DNA of 64,000 nucleotides from Eledone cirrhosa (taxonomy: Eukaryota). Of this stretch, positions 28,635-39,689 are shown one piece after another (positions within the stretch are counted from its first letter, which is position 1; every line of letters starts with the position of its first letter). The position numbers and the translations under genes were made by a program. The notes beneath the pieces are model-generated. The model did no database searches. It was not told the origin of the DNA and worked only from the letters and a program-made list of their open reading frames with translations. The stretch lies in the NCBI GenBank assembly GCA_964016885.1, contig OZ024740.1, forward strand, positions 123,814,001-123,878,000. Reading direction: 5' to 3'.

Positions 28635-28989
28635 ATTATATACATATAAGAAAGTATTTGTTATTTTAAGTACTTGGTATTAAAGACATGACTTTAATGC
28701 ATTTTATGAAGTTTTGCTAACTTTCATGTTTTATGTTCCATTATGCTATTAAAAAAACTGCAAAATATTCAATTTAACAGAAACAGTATGAAGCACAGTA
28801 AGAGCGTGATTAAAATTCCTTTAAATCCATTTTTTTTCTTGGTATTCATGATGTCACTATCACATTACATTTAGGAGACTGAAAAATTGAAATATTCTGT
28901 ATTTAGCAGCAACTTATCTAGAGACTCAACAATTGTATTTTATTTATTGATTGTCTATTGTGCACACTCTTCGTTATTTATATTATGAA

Positions 28990-29206
28990 GGGCGGTCGAT
29001 TGGCATTATTGGTAGAGCGTCGGACAATATGCTTTGTGACACAGAGTTGAGGTCATTTGCGCTCTGAGTTCAAATCCAGCCAAGGTTAGCTTTGCCTTTC
29101 ATCTTTACAAGATCTATAAAATAAAGTACCAATAATGCACTGGGGTCGATTTCATCAAGTTCCCCCTCCCCCAAAATTGTTGGCTGTGTGCCTAAATCAG
29201 AAAACA
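28990..29206 (+). mobile_element. SINE family 2 variant with TSD
   Basis: A-box-like TGGCATTATTGG and B-box-like GAGTTCAAATCC; TATATTATGAA on both sides. Confidence 0.78.
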
Positions 29207-29556
29207 TATATATTATGAATTCCACAAAACACTAGACAGCCAAATTGAACACTATCACTGCTAAGAAGAGTGATCATATTTACATATGCAAGGTTTATTA
29301 ATTAATATATAATTATTATGAGGATTATAATTACTAACAAAAGAATGAGGCAACAAATTTTAGAAAAGAAAAGAGTCCATGAAATTGACCACAGTAGTCA
29401 GCTCTGTGCCAAAGTCAGAAATATCATAGGCTGTTGAGCAGAGGAAGAAGATTAATGCTTAGCAGTAAAGAGTGATAAATATAAACAAATATGGGTGATT
29501 AAGATAAGTGAGAAAGAGATAAAGGGGAGATATGTATAATACGTGTGTGTGTGTTA

Positions 29557-29590
<34 letters not shown>

Positions 29591-30555
29591 TTTCTTTATC
29601 CAAAACCAGGTAAGGTAGGTCTGTGGCCTGAGAGTCCAGAAGTTTCCCCAGAAGGAAGGCTTATGTTTGTTTTCTGTTAGCAGTTATAATTTCCATTGCC
29701 AGCTTGCTAACCCTCTCATGACTAATGCCTTCGATGTTGTCCAAGGGAAGGGCAAGGAGCGACAAAGTTTGAAAACAGTGATGTTGCAATTCATTTCTAC
29801 AGCTGATTGAACTGGTGCAATGTGAAATAAAATGTCTTGATGAACAACATAATGCATTTCCCAGTCTGAAAATCGAACACATAACCTCACGCTAGTTAAT
29901 CCAACTCTTTAACCACTAAGCAACGTGCCTTTACTAAAATGAAAAATAAGCATGACAACCTTGATCCCACCCCCACATCAAGAACTGAAATATCTTGTTC
30001 CCACTACCACCATTGCCATCATGTTCATTTCCATTGCTGGTGCCATCGCCATCATTTTCTTTTTCCTCATCATTGCCATCATTACCAGCCTTGAGAAAGA
30101 GCTAAACAAATTAATTCAGTTATCCAATAGCAGTCAAAAGAAGCAAGAGCCCAGGTGTCAGGCAGTAAATCTTTGCAATACCTATACTTTACTATTCTAA
30201 GTATTGAGAACTTAGTTGAACAATGCTCTTGCTAGTTTAAACCAATACCTCCCAATCTATCTGTCTCTCTCTTACTCTCTCTCTCTCTCTATATATATAT
30301 ATAAATGAAAAGTATAGAAATTGTTGTAGCGAGAAGTTAACAGTATTCCATAACATATAAGTGACTATAGCGTCAAAATGGGAAAATAGTTAACATAAGA
30401 TATGGGAAAAATAATTCAGACTCAATTCAAAAGGAATCAGGATATAGATTTATTCAACAGAATTTAGAGAAATCCAGGGAAAAATCAATAGAGCCTTAAC
30501 TCATGATAAAAAAAAGTCTAAAGTACTGAACCTTCTATTTGGGACAACTTCAAAT

Positions 30556-30637
30556 GCTCTGTATAGTCTTGAAAAGACTATTTCACAAAAACTTTCAGTG
30601 GGGACGGTTACGGTTGAATTTCGTTCATCAGCAGAGC
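30556..30637 (-). ncRNA. Full-length type I hammerhead ribozyme with canonical core
   Basis: Minus strand: GCTCTG-CTGATGA-ACGAAA...TTTTGT-GAAA-TAGTCTT-TTC-AAGACTA-TA|CAGAGC. Stem I 6 bp, stem II ~6+4 bp, stem III 8 bp; predicted cut between 30562 and 30561. Confidence 0.85.
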
Positions 30638-30847
30638 TCAACATGGTAACCAAGGTCTCACTGGTAATATGCCAAAAAGGGAATTTAAAAGCAGGCTATT
30701 TTAACATCATGCGTGATTATTAAAATAAACGCACATGTGGAAAAACAGGGCTGGTGACGTCAGAATGAGACAAATGTTTGTTTACATGAAACAACAGTCA
30801 AAAACATTCCGAAATAAATTATTTCATTTATATTTCATTTATATATA

Positions 30848-31102
30848 TATAAATGAAATAACAGGAGGCTGGACTGGTGTAAATACTTCAAAGGTTTATT
30901 ATACTATGATCATTTCAATGACCGGATTCCATATGAATCCGGTGATATCATTAGGTATTGGAATATAACAAAGGAATATGTAAAAAGCCATGAGTCCGAA
31001 AAACCATGGGTCCTGAAACGAAAGACAGAGAAGACGGCTGACAAAAGAATAATAAATCTTTCAAGGATTTACACCAGTCCAGCCTCCTGTTATTTTATTT
31101 AT
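30848..31102. repeat. ~55 bp inverted repeats enclosing a hammerhead motif (30902-30957, minus strand, CTAATGA core)
   Basis: Arms 30848-30901 and 31050-31102; minus strand TAC-CTAATGA-..ACCGGATTC/GAATCCGGT..-GAAA-TGATCA-TA-GTA. Confidence 0.72.
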
Positions 31103-31280
31103 AATTAACTCCGTATTCGCACCACCAACTACACAAACGAAGATGGGTGAACTGCACTGCGTTGAGTACTCTTCACAATATTACACCAGGATTGACCATA
31201 CGGAATGACCAGTTCTATCCAGTGGTGAACCAACAAACCTACAAACCTAAAGAAATATATATATATATATATAGATATAT

Positions 31281-31603
31281 ATCATCATCATCATCATCAT
31301 TTCATTTTACGTCCCCTTTTCCCTGCTTGCAAGGGTGGGACGGGAACTGATTCTGGCTTGATTTCTACAGCTGGATGCCCTTTCTAACACCAACCTCATT
31401 TACAGTGAGTGCTGGGTGCTTTATTGCAGTGGAATGATATGGACCCCAGTCCCTATCATCTCATTTCTACAGCTGAGTAAACTAGAGCAATGTGAAATAA
31501 AGTGTCTTGCTCAAGGAAACAATACATCACCCGGTTTGAGAAATTGAACTCACAACCTTTCAATTGCAAGGCCAATGCTCCAACCACTAAGCCATGTGCG
31601 TCC
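31281..31603 (-). mobile_element. SINE family 1
   Basis: Reverse complement of 32031-32372. Confidence 0.85.
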
Positions 31604-31607
31604 ATAT

Positions 31608-31836
31608 ATATACAATATATTAATAAATGGAAACTATATTTATAAAACCATAAATTATTTTATTATATATATTTCCAGGGCGACCAAGGTAAATTATGGT
31701 GCGCTTTCATCAGATAAAATACAGATTTATCTGATGAAAGCGCACCATAATTGACCTTGGTCGCCCTGGAAATATATATAATAAAATAATTTATGGTTTT
31801 ATAAATATAGTTTCCATTTATTAATATATTGTATAT
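31608..31836. repeat. Near-perfect ~230 bp palindrome carrying two mirror hammerheads (31726-31785 plus; ~31658-31717 minus)
   Basis: TTTAT-CTGATGA-stem II-GAAA-TATATA-TA-ATAAA; loop ~31718-31725. Confidence 0.85.
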
Positions 31837-32030
31837 TTACTCCACTAAATTGTTGAGTGCTTTATATCAGTTATAAAAATGTTTAAGCTTGTTGAATCCC
31901 AACAAATTAAATGTAACCTCTGCATATATATATACAGATATATATATATATATATATTTCTTTAGAAATACGAAATTTCTATACAAATCTGTATACAGCT
32001 ATGCTTGAAGCTAATTCTTATTTCTATATG

Positions 32031-32372
32031 TGGAGGCACATGGCTTAGTGGTTAAAACATTGGCCTTGCAATCGAAAGGTTGTGAGTTCAATTCTCAGAC
32101 CCGGTGATGTGTTGTTCCCATTAGCAAGACACTTTATTTCACATTGCTCCAGTTTACTCAGTTGTAGAAATGAGATGATGGGGACTGGGGTCCATATCAT
32201 TCCACTGGAAAGTGGTCGTGCAGGTGCCACGTCAAAAAAGCACCAAGAACTCACTGTAAATGAGGTTGGTCTTAGGAAGGGCATCCAGCTGTAGAAATCA
32301 AGCCAGAATTATTTCCCGTCCCATCCTTGCAAGCAGGGAAAAGCGGACGGAAAATGATGATGATGATGATGA
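32031..32372 (+). mobile_element. SINE family 1, full length
   Basis: TGGCTTAGTGG A box, GAGTTCAATTC B box, CORE-like AGCAAGACACTTTA, 3' part matching the RTE 3' UTR, (GAT)n tail. Confidence 0.88.
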
Positions 32373-32702
32373 TTCTATTATATGTTGAGCCAACTGATGC
32401 AGCTTCATATGCAAATGAAATTACACAGACAAGAAAACTATATATTCTCGACTGTTCTCAAGTCCAGCAGCCACAAGCGAGGTAGGGATTGTCCTGATGA
32501 AGACCAGTTAGTCTGAAATGCATCGATGATTGTCCCCCTTGCTTCTGCTGGACACTACCAGAAGACGTTAGCCGGGGTGTTTTTTGCATAGCTATGGCTT
32601 CCTAAATGTTTACCCTGTAAACATACTGTGTTTCTTTAGAAATACTAAATTTCTATACATATCAGTATACAGCTATGCTTGAAGCTAAATCCTATTTCTA
32701 TT
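32373..32702 (+). mobile_element. ~330 bp non-coding HHR-containing unit in partial tandem (retrozyme/pLTR-like)
   Basis: Its last ~70 nt are repeated at 31957-32027; contains an HHR; diverged homologue at ~60520-60740. Confidence 0.7.
32488..32530 (+). ncRNA. Minimal hammerhead ribozyme with canonical core
   Basis: ATTGTC-CTGATGA-AGAC.CAGTTA.GTCT-GAAA-TGCA-TC|GATGAT; palindromic ATGCAT; distal pairing CCAGCAG/CTGCTGG. Confidence 0.82.
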
Positions 32703-32822
32703 ATATATATATAACTATGACTTACTAAAGTAAACAAACCACTATCCTAATGGCCTCCAAAAGCAACGGTCAATTTTTAAAGGGGTACGTCAATGTCTAT
32801 TTATAAAACTGTTATATATTGT

Positions 32823-32887
32823 ATTTTGTCTGATGAAGGCATACCATAATGTAACTTGGTAACCTTGAAATACATATAATGAAATAA
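32823..32887 (+). ncRNA. Hammerhead ribozyme with canonical core (homologue of 31726-31785)
   Basis: ATTTTGT-CTGATGA-AGG..TACCA/TGGTA.CCT-T-GAAA-TACATA-TA|ATGAAAT. Confidence 0.75.
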
Positions 32888-32925
32888 ATAAGGTTTTATA
32901 AATATAGTTTCCATTTATTAATATC

Positions 32926-32927
<2 letters not shown>

Positions 32928-32993
<66 letters not shown>
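32928..32993. repeat. (TA)n microsatellite (insertion site of PLE-B)
   Basis: Direct reading. Confidence 0.95.
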
Positions 32994-32996
<3 letters not shown>

Positions 32997-33492
32997 TTTT
33001 GCGAGGATTTTTATATGAAATCGTGTGTCGAAACAAATATTGTTATACTTGGGGAGGGTCATATTTGTGTAATATTGCCAGAATTAATAACAGAACACAC
33101 TCACTGTTTGGTTGGTTTTCGCTTCTCGCTTCTGTGTCTTTTATATCGGTAATCTAATATACTCGGACCTCAATGTTGCCATTGACTGATCGGCGGTCAA
33201 AAATAATACAGATACAATATAGACACAAACACATATATATAGTTTATCATAAATCTTTCGTTGCACATCTGCAACATTGTCAGTGGTGCTATATTTTCCT
33301 CCTGTTGTATTGTATGTCTACGCCATTTTTATTCAGTCTGTCTATATATTTATTTATTTATTTGCTTGTTTGTTTATTTTATTTTGTCTTCTTTGCGCAT
33401 GCGTTTGCGTGTGTGTATAGTGTTTTGTTTGCTGTGTGATGGGTGACTAGTGTGTGTTTATGTGCTTGTTGTTATTGTGCTTGTGTATGTAT

Positions 33493-33527
<35 letters not shown>

Positions 33528-36500
33528 TATTATTTTATTTACTTATTTATACTTATCTTAGGTCAGTGTTGTTTGTTTGGGTGTTGTTGTTATTCCATTC
33601 ATTCTTTCTGTTTAGCCTTGGTCTTCTAATTTCTATTTCACTGGCCTCTCTGATTTGCCTATCTGCTGGGTCATTTCTATGTTTAGATATTATTCTAATT
33701 TCTATGTTGTCTATGTTACCGTCATGTTGTTGTCTAGCATGTTCGTATAGTACTGACCCGTTTTTTCGTCCTTTTAGTTCTCCCCAGTGTTGGTCTATCC
33801 TTTCACCTATGCTACGAGCTGTCTCACCCATGTATGTTGTTGTCATGTTTCTGCAAGTACCCTCTGTACATCTTATGCTATAGACTACGTTTCTAGTTTT
33901 ACAGTTTATCCGGGGGTTCACCTTACATATTATAGATTTCCTATTGGTACAGTGGGTTTTCTTAAAAGGGTAGGTTTTGCTGATCAGGGATTTTATGGTG
34001 GTTCCTGGCTTTTCTACCACCTTTATTTTTAAGTGGGTATTTCTCAGGGCCTTTCTACACTGGTTAGCTAATTTTCCTCCAGGGCTAGCGTCCACAATCA
34101 TGACACTCTGGTATCTCTGGTTGTCGTACCATGAGGTGGCTTTCCCTAACATATGTCTAGCCCTATCTAAGCTATTCCATGATTTGCTCCTGTATAATGG
34201 GCAAATTCCTTTCATGTCCAGTTCTATGAGGGTCTTATACTTCTCCATGGCTCCTTCGTATACTCTGATTCTGTCTCTTTGGTTATAGCCAGAGAACTGC
34301 ATGCGGTTGATGAAGTGTTGAATGTGTCTTTCCATTTCTGTTGGTTCGCACATGCGGGACACATTCTTCATCACTCGTACCAAATCTGCGATCAGAATAT
34401 TAAACTTAGCACTACTGGACATTGCTGAGTTTTTGAGTATCAGGTATTTGGAGGCCATGGGTTTAACATAGTGTGAGTGGAGAATTTGGGCTCTCTCGTC
34501 TATAGTGTTAATCCAGAGTTCTGTGTCTAATACAGGTAGTCTATTGTTAGGGTGTTTGGAAGGGAGGTCGATAGTTACAGTTATACTCTGGTGTATGGAA
34601 TTAGCTATCTGTTGGATGCTTTCCATCGTGCTACGTTCTAAATCAAACTTGTTAGTGCTCTCTAGTGGGGGTTTTCTTATAACTATATTGATATCGTCTA
34701 CATAACGAGAGTACATGATGAGGTCTATGGAGCTCTCATTAAGGAGATCTTTAAGTCTCCTTTCCCACCATACCATGAAAAGGTTGGCAACATCACCAGC
34801 TATGCTGACGCCGATGGCTGCTCCCTCATTTTGGGTGTAGATCTTCTCGTTGAACTTAATTATGTGGCCCTTTAGGGTAGTTTTGATACTAGCCCCTATT
34901 GCATGTGCGACCATTTTTCTTACCTGATCATTGTTTTGGGGGTCCGTATAGCTTTGGTCCAACCCAATCCACCTTCCCATGGGAGTCTTTTTTGCCATTG
35001 AGGTTATGGTGGGGGGTCTACCTCTTATAGGTCTACTAGGGCAGAAACGTTTAAGTCAAGGCTGTCTAGGTAGTCAGTGTCGTAGGTAAGTCTAAGTAGG
35101 AGGCCCAGTTCGTCTGTGTCGACGTCGCAGAACTCCACCTCACTCTCAATTATCATCTCCACACATCTTTTCACAGCAAAATCAATGTTAATGGATGGGC
35201 ACAGTGACACCACATCCATGCTGCCTATTATGCAGTTGGATAGGTTCCTGTTTTTGTTGCACTCACTGATTCTGCTGAGGAGGTCCTCTGTACTGTCACA
35301 TACATCTGGGGACATCTTGATTATGGGGCGTATAACCATTGAGAGGAAGTAGGAGATCCTGTAGTTGCTAGCTATATTAGCTCCGCATACGGGTCTTGTT
35401 GGTGGTCCTGTTGACGGGTCGTCGACTGTCTTGTGGTCTTTGCGGAGCCCATACAAGTGTAGTATGCCATTGTTAGACGCCTGGAAGTTGTTGGCAGTGC
35501 GTCTGCTTGGCTTTAGGATGTCAGTCCACATCATCATGTGAGCATTGAGGATTTTCTCTCTCCCATCGTGTATCCGTGGGTAGACATACTACCTCACCAT
35601 CCCTTGTGCGCTGCTTGAGGCTAACCAAGCCTTCTACAGGTTTCCTCCCAAGTTGTTGGGCCTCTGGTCTGCTCTGTATCTTAGTATACCTGTCTACTAT
35701 TTGTCTAATCTTATTTCTAGCTATGGTGAACTGTGCCTCTCTCTCGTCATCTATTTGTTGTGGTATGCAAACTTTTTTTATTAAAGGGTAACCTCGTAGG
35801 ATAGATATTACCCATCTTATATGTTTTGTCAGCTGGGTTGAAAAATAGTTTCTCTAAGGGGTTGTCATTATATCTATCGTCATAGTTGTGTGTGTTGCTA
35901 TTATTGTTATCATGGTGGTTGTTGTTGTTTCTATCATTAGCATTATTATTATTGTTATGATTGCTAGATGTATTGTTGTTTACTTCACCGTTATTGTTGT
36001 TGTTACTGTTATTTCTACCATTGTGGTCGTTACTTTTATTATGTTTCTTGTTTTTGTTGTTGTTGTGTCTATCATTGATGTTGCTGCATGTACTATTTCC
36101 ATTATTACCACTGTGGTTATTGTTGTTGTTGTTCGTATTGTTACCGTTATTACTACTGTGGTCGCTGCTGCTGTGTCTGTGGTTAATGTTTCTATTATTA
36201 TTATTATTGTGGTTGTTGTTGTTCTGTCTATCGATTGTATTATTACCATTATCACTATTTCTCACTTTCCTGCTATTGTTATTGTTATGACTGTTATTTC
36301 TATACTCAGAGTTATTGTTTATATTACTACTACCGTTATTAATGTTGTTGTTGTTGTTGTTTACCTTTGCATTCCAACGTATTTTTGTGAAACACTTTTC
36401 CAGGTCCGTTTTGCACTCCATAGGGTTAATCTTTTTGTAGATGGCAAATTTTGGTGGTAGCCGCAGGATTTGTTGTTCTTGTTCACTGATTAAAGTGTTC

Positions 36501-36858
36501 CCATAAATATTTACTGTGTGGTCATTGGTAAATTCTTCCGGTAGTTTTACATCAGTCATACGGATATTGTCGATGTTATCTGGGTATTTTTAAGAATATT
36601 CAATTTTCCTTTCTTGTAGTTTTTTCTTATTCATCCATTCTAATTTCTTATTGAAATGCCTATTGCATTCGTTTCGGGCGTATTTCGTTTCACGTCGGAT
36701 GACGCTCATGAAGTTATCCCTCTCGTTTGCCGTGGTGAGATTTCTGGTCATGTTTCTGCAAGTACCCTCTGTACATCTTATGCTATAGACTACGTTTCTA
36801 GTTTTACAGTTTATCCGGGGGTTCACCTTACACATGATACATTTCCTATTGGTACAGT
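32994..36858 (-). mobile_element. Penelope-like retroelement PLE-B, 5'-truncated and rearranged
   Basis: RT plus GIY-YIG ORFs on the minus strand, 3' UTR with HHR-like motif, ends at (TA)n. Confidence 0.92.
33553..36746 (-). pseudogene. Frameshifted PLE-B polyprotein (N-terminal domain, Asn-rich tract, RT, Cys linker, GIY-YIG)
   Basis: ILRLPPKFA; LYGLRKDHK..PTRPVC; GSMDVVSL.PSI; YTQNEGAAIG; YSRYVDD; LPVLD; VVYSIRC...YMGETARS..ERIDQH. Split over ORFs 35747..36559, 35025..35537 and 33553..34998. Confidence 0.9.
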
Positions 36859-38103
36859 GGCTACAACCAAAGAGACAGAATCAGAGTATACGAAGGAGCC
36901 ATGGAGAAGTATAAGACCCTCATAGAACAGGACATGAAAGGAATTTGCCCATTATACAGGAGCAAATCATGGAATAGCATAGATAGGGCTAGACATAAGA
37001 TAGGGAAAGCCACCTCATGGTACGACAACCAGAGATACCAGAGTGTCATGTTTGTGGACGCTAGCCCTGGAGGGAAATTAGCTAACCAGTGTAGAAAGGC
37101 CCTGAGAAAGACCCACTTAAAAATAAAGGTGGTAGAAAAGCCAGGAACCACCATAAAATCCCTGATCAGCAAAACCTACCCTTTTAAGAAAACCCACTGT
37201 ACCAATAGGAAATGTATAATATGTAAGGTGAACCCCCGGATAAACTGTAAAACTAGAAACGTAGTCTATAGCATAAGATGTACAGAGGGTACTTGCAGAA
37301 ACATGACAACAACATACATAGGTGAGACAGCTCGTAGCATAGGTGAAAGGATAGACCAACTCTGGGGGAACTAAAAGGACGAAAAAACGGATCAGTACTA
37401 TACGAACATGCTAGACAACAACATGACGGTAATATAGACAACATAGAAATTAGAATAATATCTAAACATAGAAATGACCCAGCAGATAGGCAAATCAGAG
37501 AGGCCAGTGAAATAGAAATTAGAAGACCAAGGCTAAACAGATAGAATGAATGGAATAACAACAACACCCAAACAAACAACACTGACCTAAGAGAAGTATA
37601 AATAAGTAAATAAAATAAAATAAATAAATAAATAAATAAATAAATAAATACATACACAAGCACAATAACAACAAGCACATACACACACACTACTCACCCA
37701 TCACAAAGCAAACAAAACACTATACACACACGCAAACGCATGCGCAAAGAAGACAAAATAAAATAAACAAACAAGCAAATAAATAAATAAATATATAGAC
37801 AGACTGAATAAAAATGGCGTAGACATACAATACAACAGGAGGAAAATATAGCACCACTGACAATGTTGCAGATGTGCAACGAAAGATTTATGATAAACTA
37901 TATATATGTGTTTGTGTCTATATTGTATCTGTATTATTTTTGACCGCCGATCAGTCAATGGCAACATTGAGGACCGAATATATTAGATTACCGATATAAA
38001 AGACACAGAAGCGAGAAGCGAAAACCAACCAAACAGTGTGTGTGTTCTGTTATTAATTCTGGCAATATTACACAAATATGACCCTCCCCAAGTATAACAA
38101 TAT
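36856..38103 (+). mobile_element. Inverted duplicate of the 3' ~1.25 kb of PLE-B
   Basis: Reverse complement of ~33037-34290; ORF 36901..37374 repeats the GIY-YIG region. Confidence 0.92.
37855..37893 (+). ncRNA. Hammerhead-like motif with variant core CTGACAA (mirror copy ~33247-33286, minus strand)
   Basis: CA-CTGACAA-T-GTTGCA.GATG.TGCAAC-GAAA-GATT-TA-TG; same position in the 3' UTR as the canonical HHR of PLE-C. Confidence 0.55.
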
Positions 38104-38183
38104 ATATATATATATATATATTTCCTTTCTGGCAACATGACCCTCCCAAAGTATAACAATATATATATATATATATATATATA

Positions 38184-39073
38184 TTTCTTTATTTAATGAA
38201 ATATATACAAAGGAGATTAATCATTTTAAAAGGTATCTATATTTGAAGTTCTAGTTAAACTTTAATTAGTTACCTACCTAGCTGTGTGTGCTTACACACT
38301 TTACAAATTATTCCCTGTGATTGCTTCCAATGTTTATTTTATATATATATATATATGTCAATCAATTTCTAGTTGATATAAAATGTTCGGATTTAATCAT
38401 TGGAATCTTTGAGCATATTGTGCAGTGGATATGGCACATGTCTCTCACACATGACACCTTTAATTTAATTTTGGATATATATGGCTCCTTAATTGTAGAG
38501 CTAACTCAGTTGAATGGACTCAGCTGCTATTTATAGCTGTCGATAATCCATTCACGCCCTGGGATGACGCTGGTATGCTGTGTATTTTTTTTTTAAATGC
38601 AACACATGCTACGATCATTCACAGATTTACATTTGCTGTGTAAACACAGGTAGTAGGATCTTCTCCTTTGGTGAACATCCGGGATTTGACTACTGTGATT
38701 TACTGATTGATGGTGAAATATATTTCTTTATTTAATTGTTTCTACTTTTGGCACAAGGCCAGCAATTACCCAGTGTATTACTGGTACTTTATTTTATCAA
38801 CCCCATAAGGATGAAAGGCAAAGTTAACCTCAGCGGGATTTGAACTCAGAATGGCAAGGGCCTTAACTCTATATGTCAAAGCATGGTGTCTGACCCTCTA
38901 CCGATACTGCCAATCCACCGCCCTTTCTTTATTTAATGAAATATATACAATAGAGATTAATCGTTTTAAAGGTATCTATATTTGAAGTTCTAGTTAAACT
39001 GTAATTAGTTACCTACCTAGCTATGTGTGCTTACACACTTTACAAATTATTCCCTTTGATTGTTTCATATGTT

Positions 39074-39085
<12 letters not shown>
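38184..39085. repeat. Partial tandem direct duplication (38184-38345 repeated at 38924-39085) interrupted by a SINE
   Basis: TTTAATGAAATATATACAA...GTTACCTACCTAGCT..TGTGCTTACACAC occurs twice; (TA)n flanks. Confidence 0.75.
38736..38923 (-). mobile_element. SINE family 2, full length
   Basis: Minus strand starts GGGCGGTGGATTGGCAGTATCGGTAGAG; TSD TTTCTTTATTTAAT. Confidence 0.85.
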
Positions 39086-39105
<20 letters not shown>

Positions 39106-39689
39106 CATCATCATCACTGTTTAATGTCTATTTTTAGCATGGGTTAGATGAATTGTTCTGTTGTGAGACAAGTCAGATCAGGCGACTGTTGCTTGCTCAT
39201 ATAGAACTGATTCTGGTCAATTTTCTAGGGCTGGATACCGTTCGTAATGCAAAGCATATTTATAGTGTGTCCGGGGTGCTTTTTGTCATGACACTTAGAT
39301 GACACCTTTGCAGTGTGGGCTGGGCAATTTTGGCATAGCATTAAATGACCACTTTATAGTGCAGTCTGGAGACTTTGGTGCAGGAGATGCATTGGAATTG
39401 GGGAGGTAGATCTAGGGACATGGATGAGGGAAGGGTGTTTGAGCATGGGAAGTTTGTTAGGACTTGGGAGATGAAGTTGGTGTATACTAGATGTATGTTT
39501 CAACAGTTGATGATTGAATTGCTAAATAATCATGAATCCTTACTCCGGAAATCCTTGAGGACTCTGAAGAATGTGTTGTGGTTGAGCATATTCACAAATA
39601 TTCAAATGGCTTATAACAAACAGGAATCAAAAATAATATACAATTTTTTAAGCCTTTACTATTTAAATTGGCCGTATCTGGCCAGAATT

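Noticed and set aside
32034-32105. tRNA gene
   Set aside because: A/B boxes are present but it is the head of a multi-copy SINE; no convincing cloverleaf
35888-36460. Hydrophobic V/I/L-rich membrane-protein-like ORFs
   Set aside because: Antisense or alternative frames of the Asn-rich tract of PLE-B
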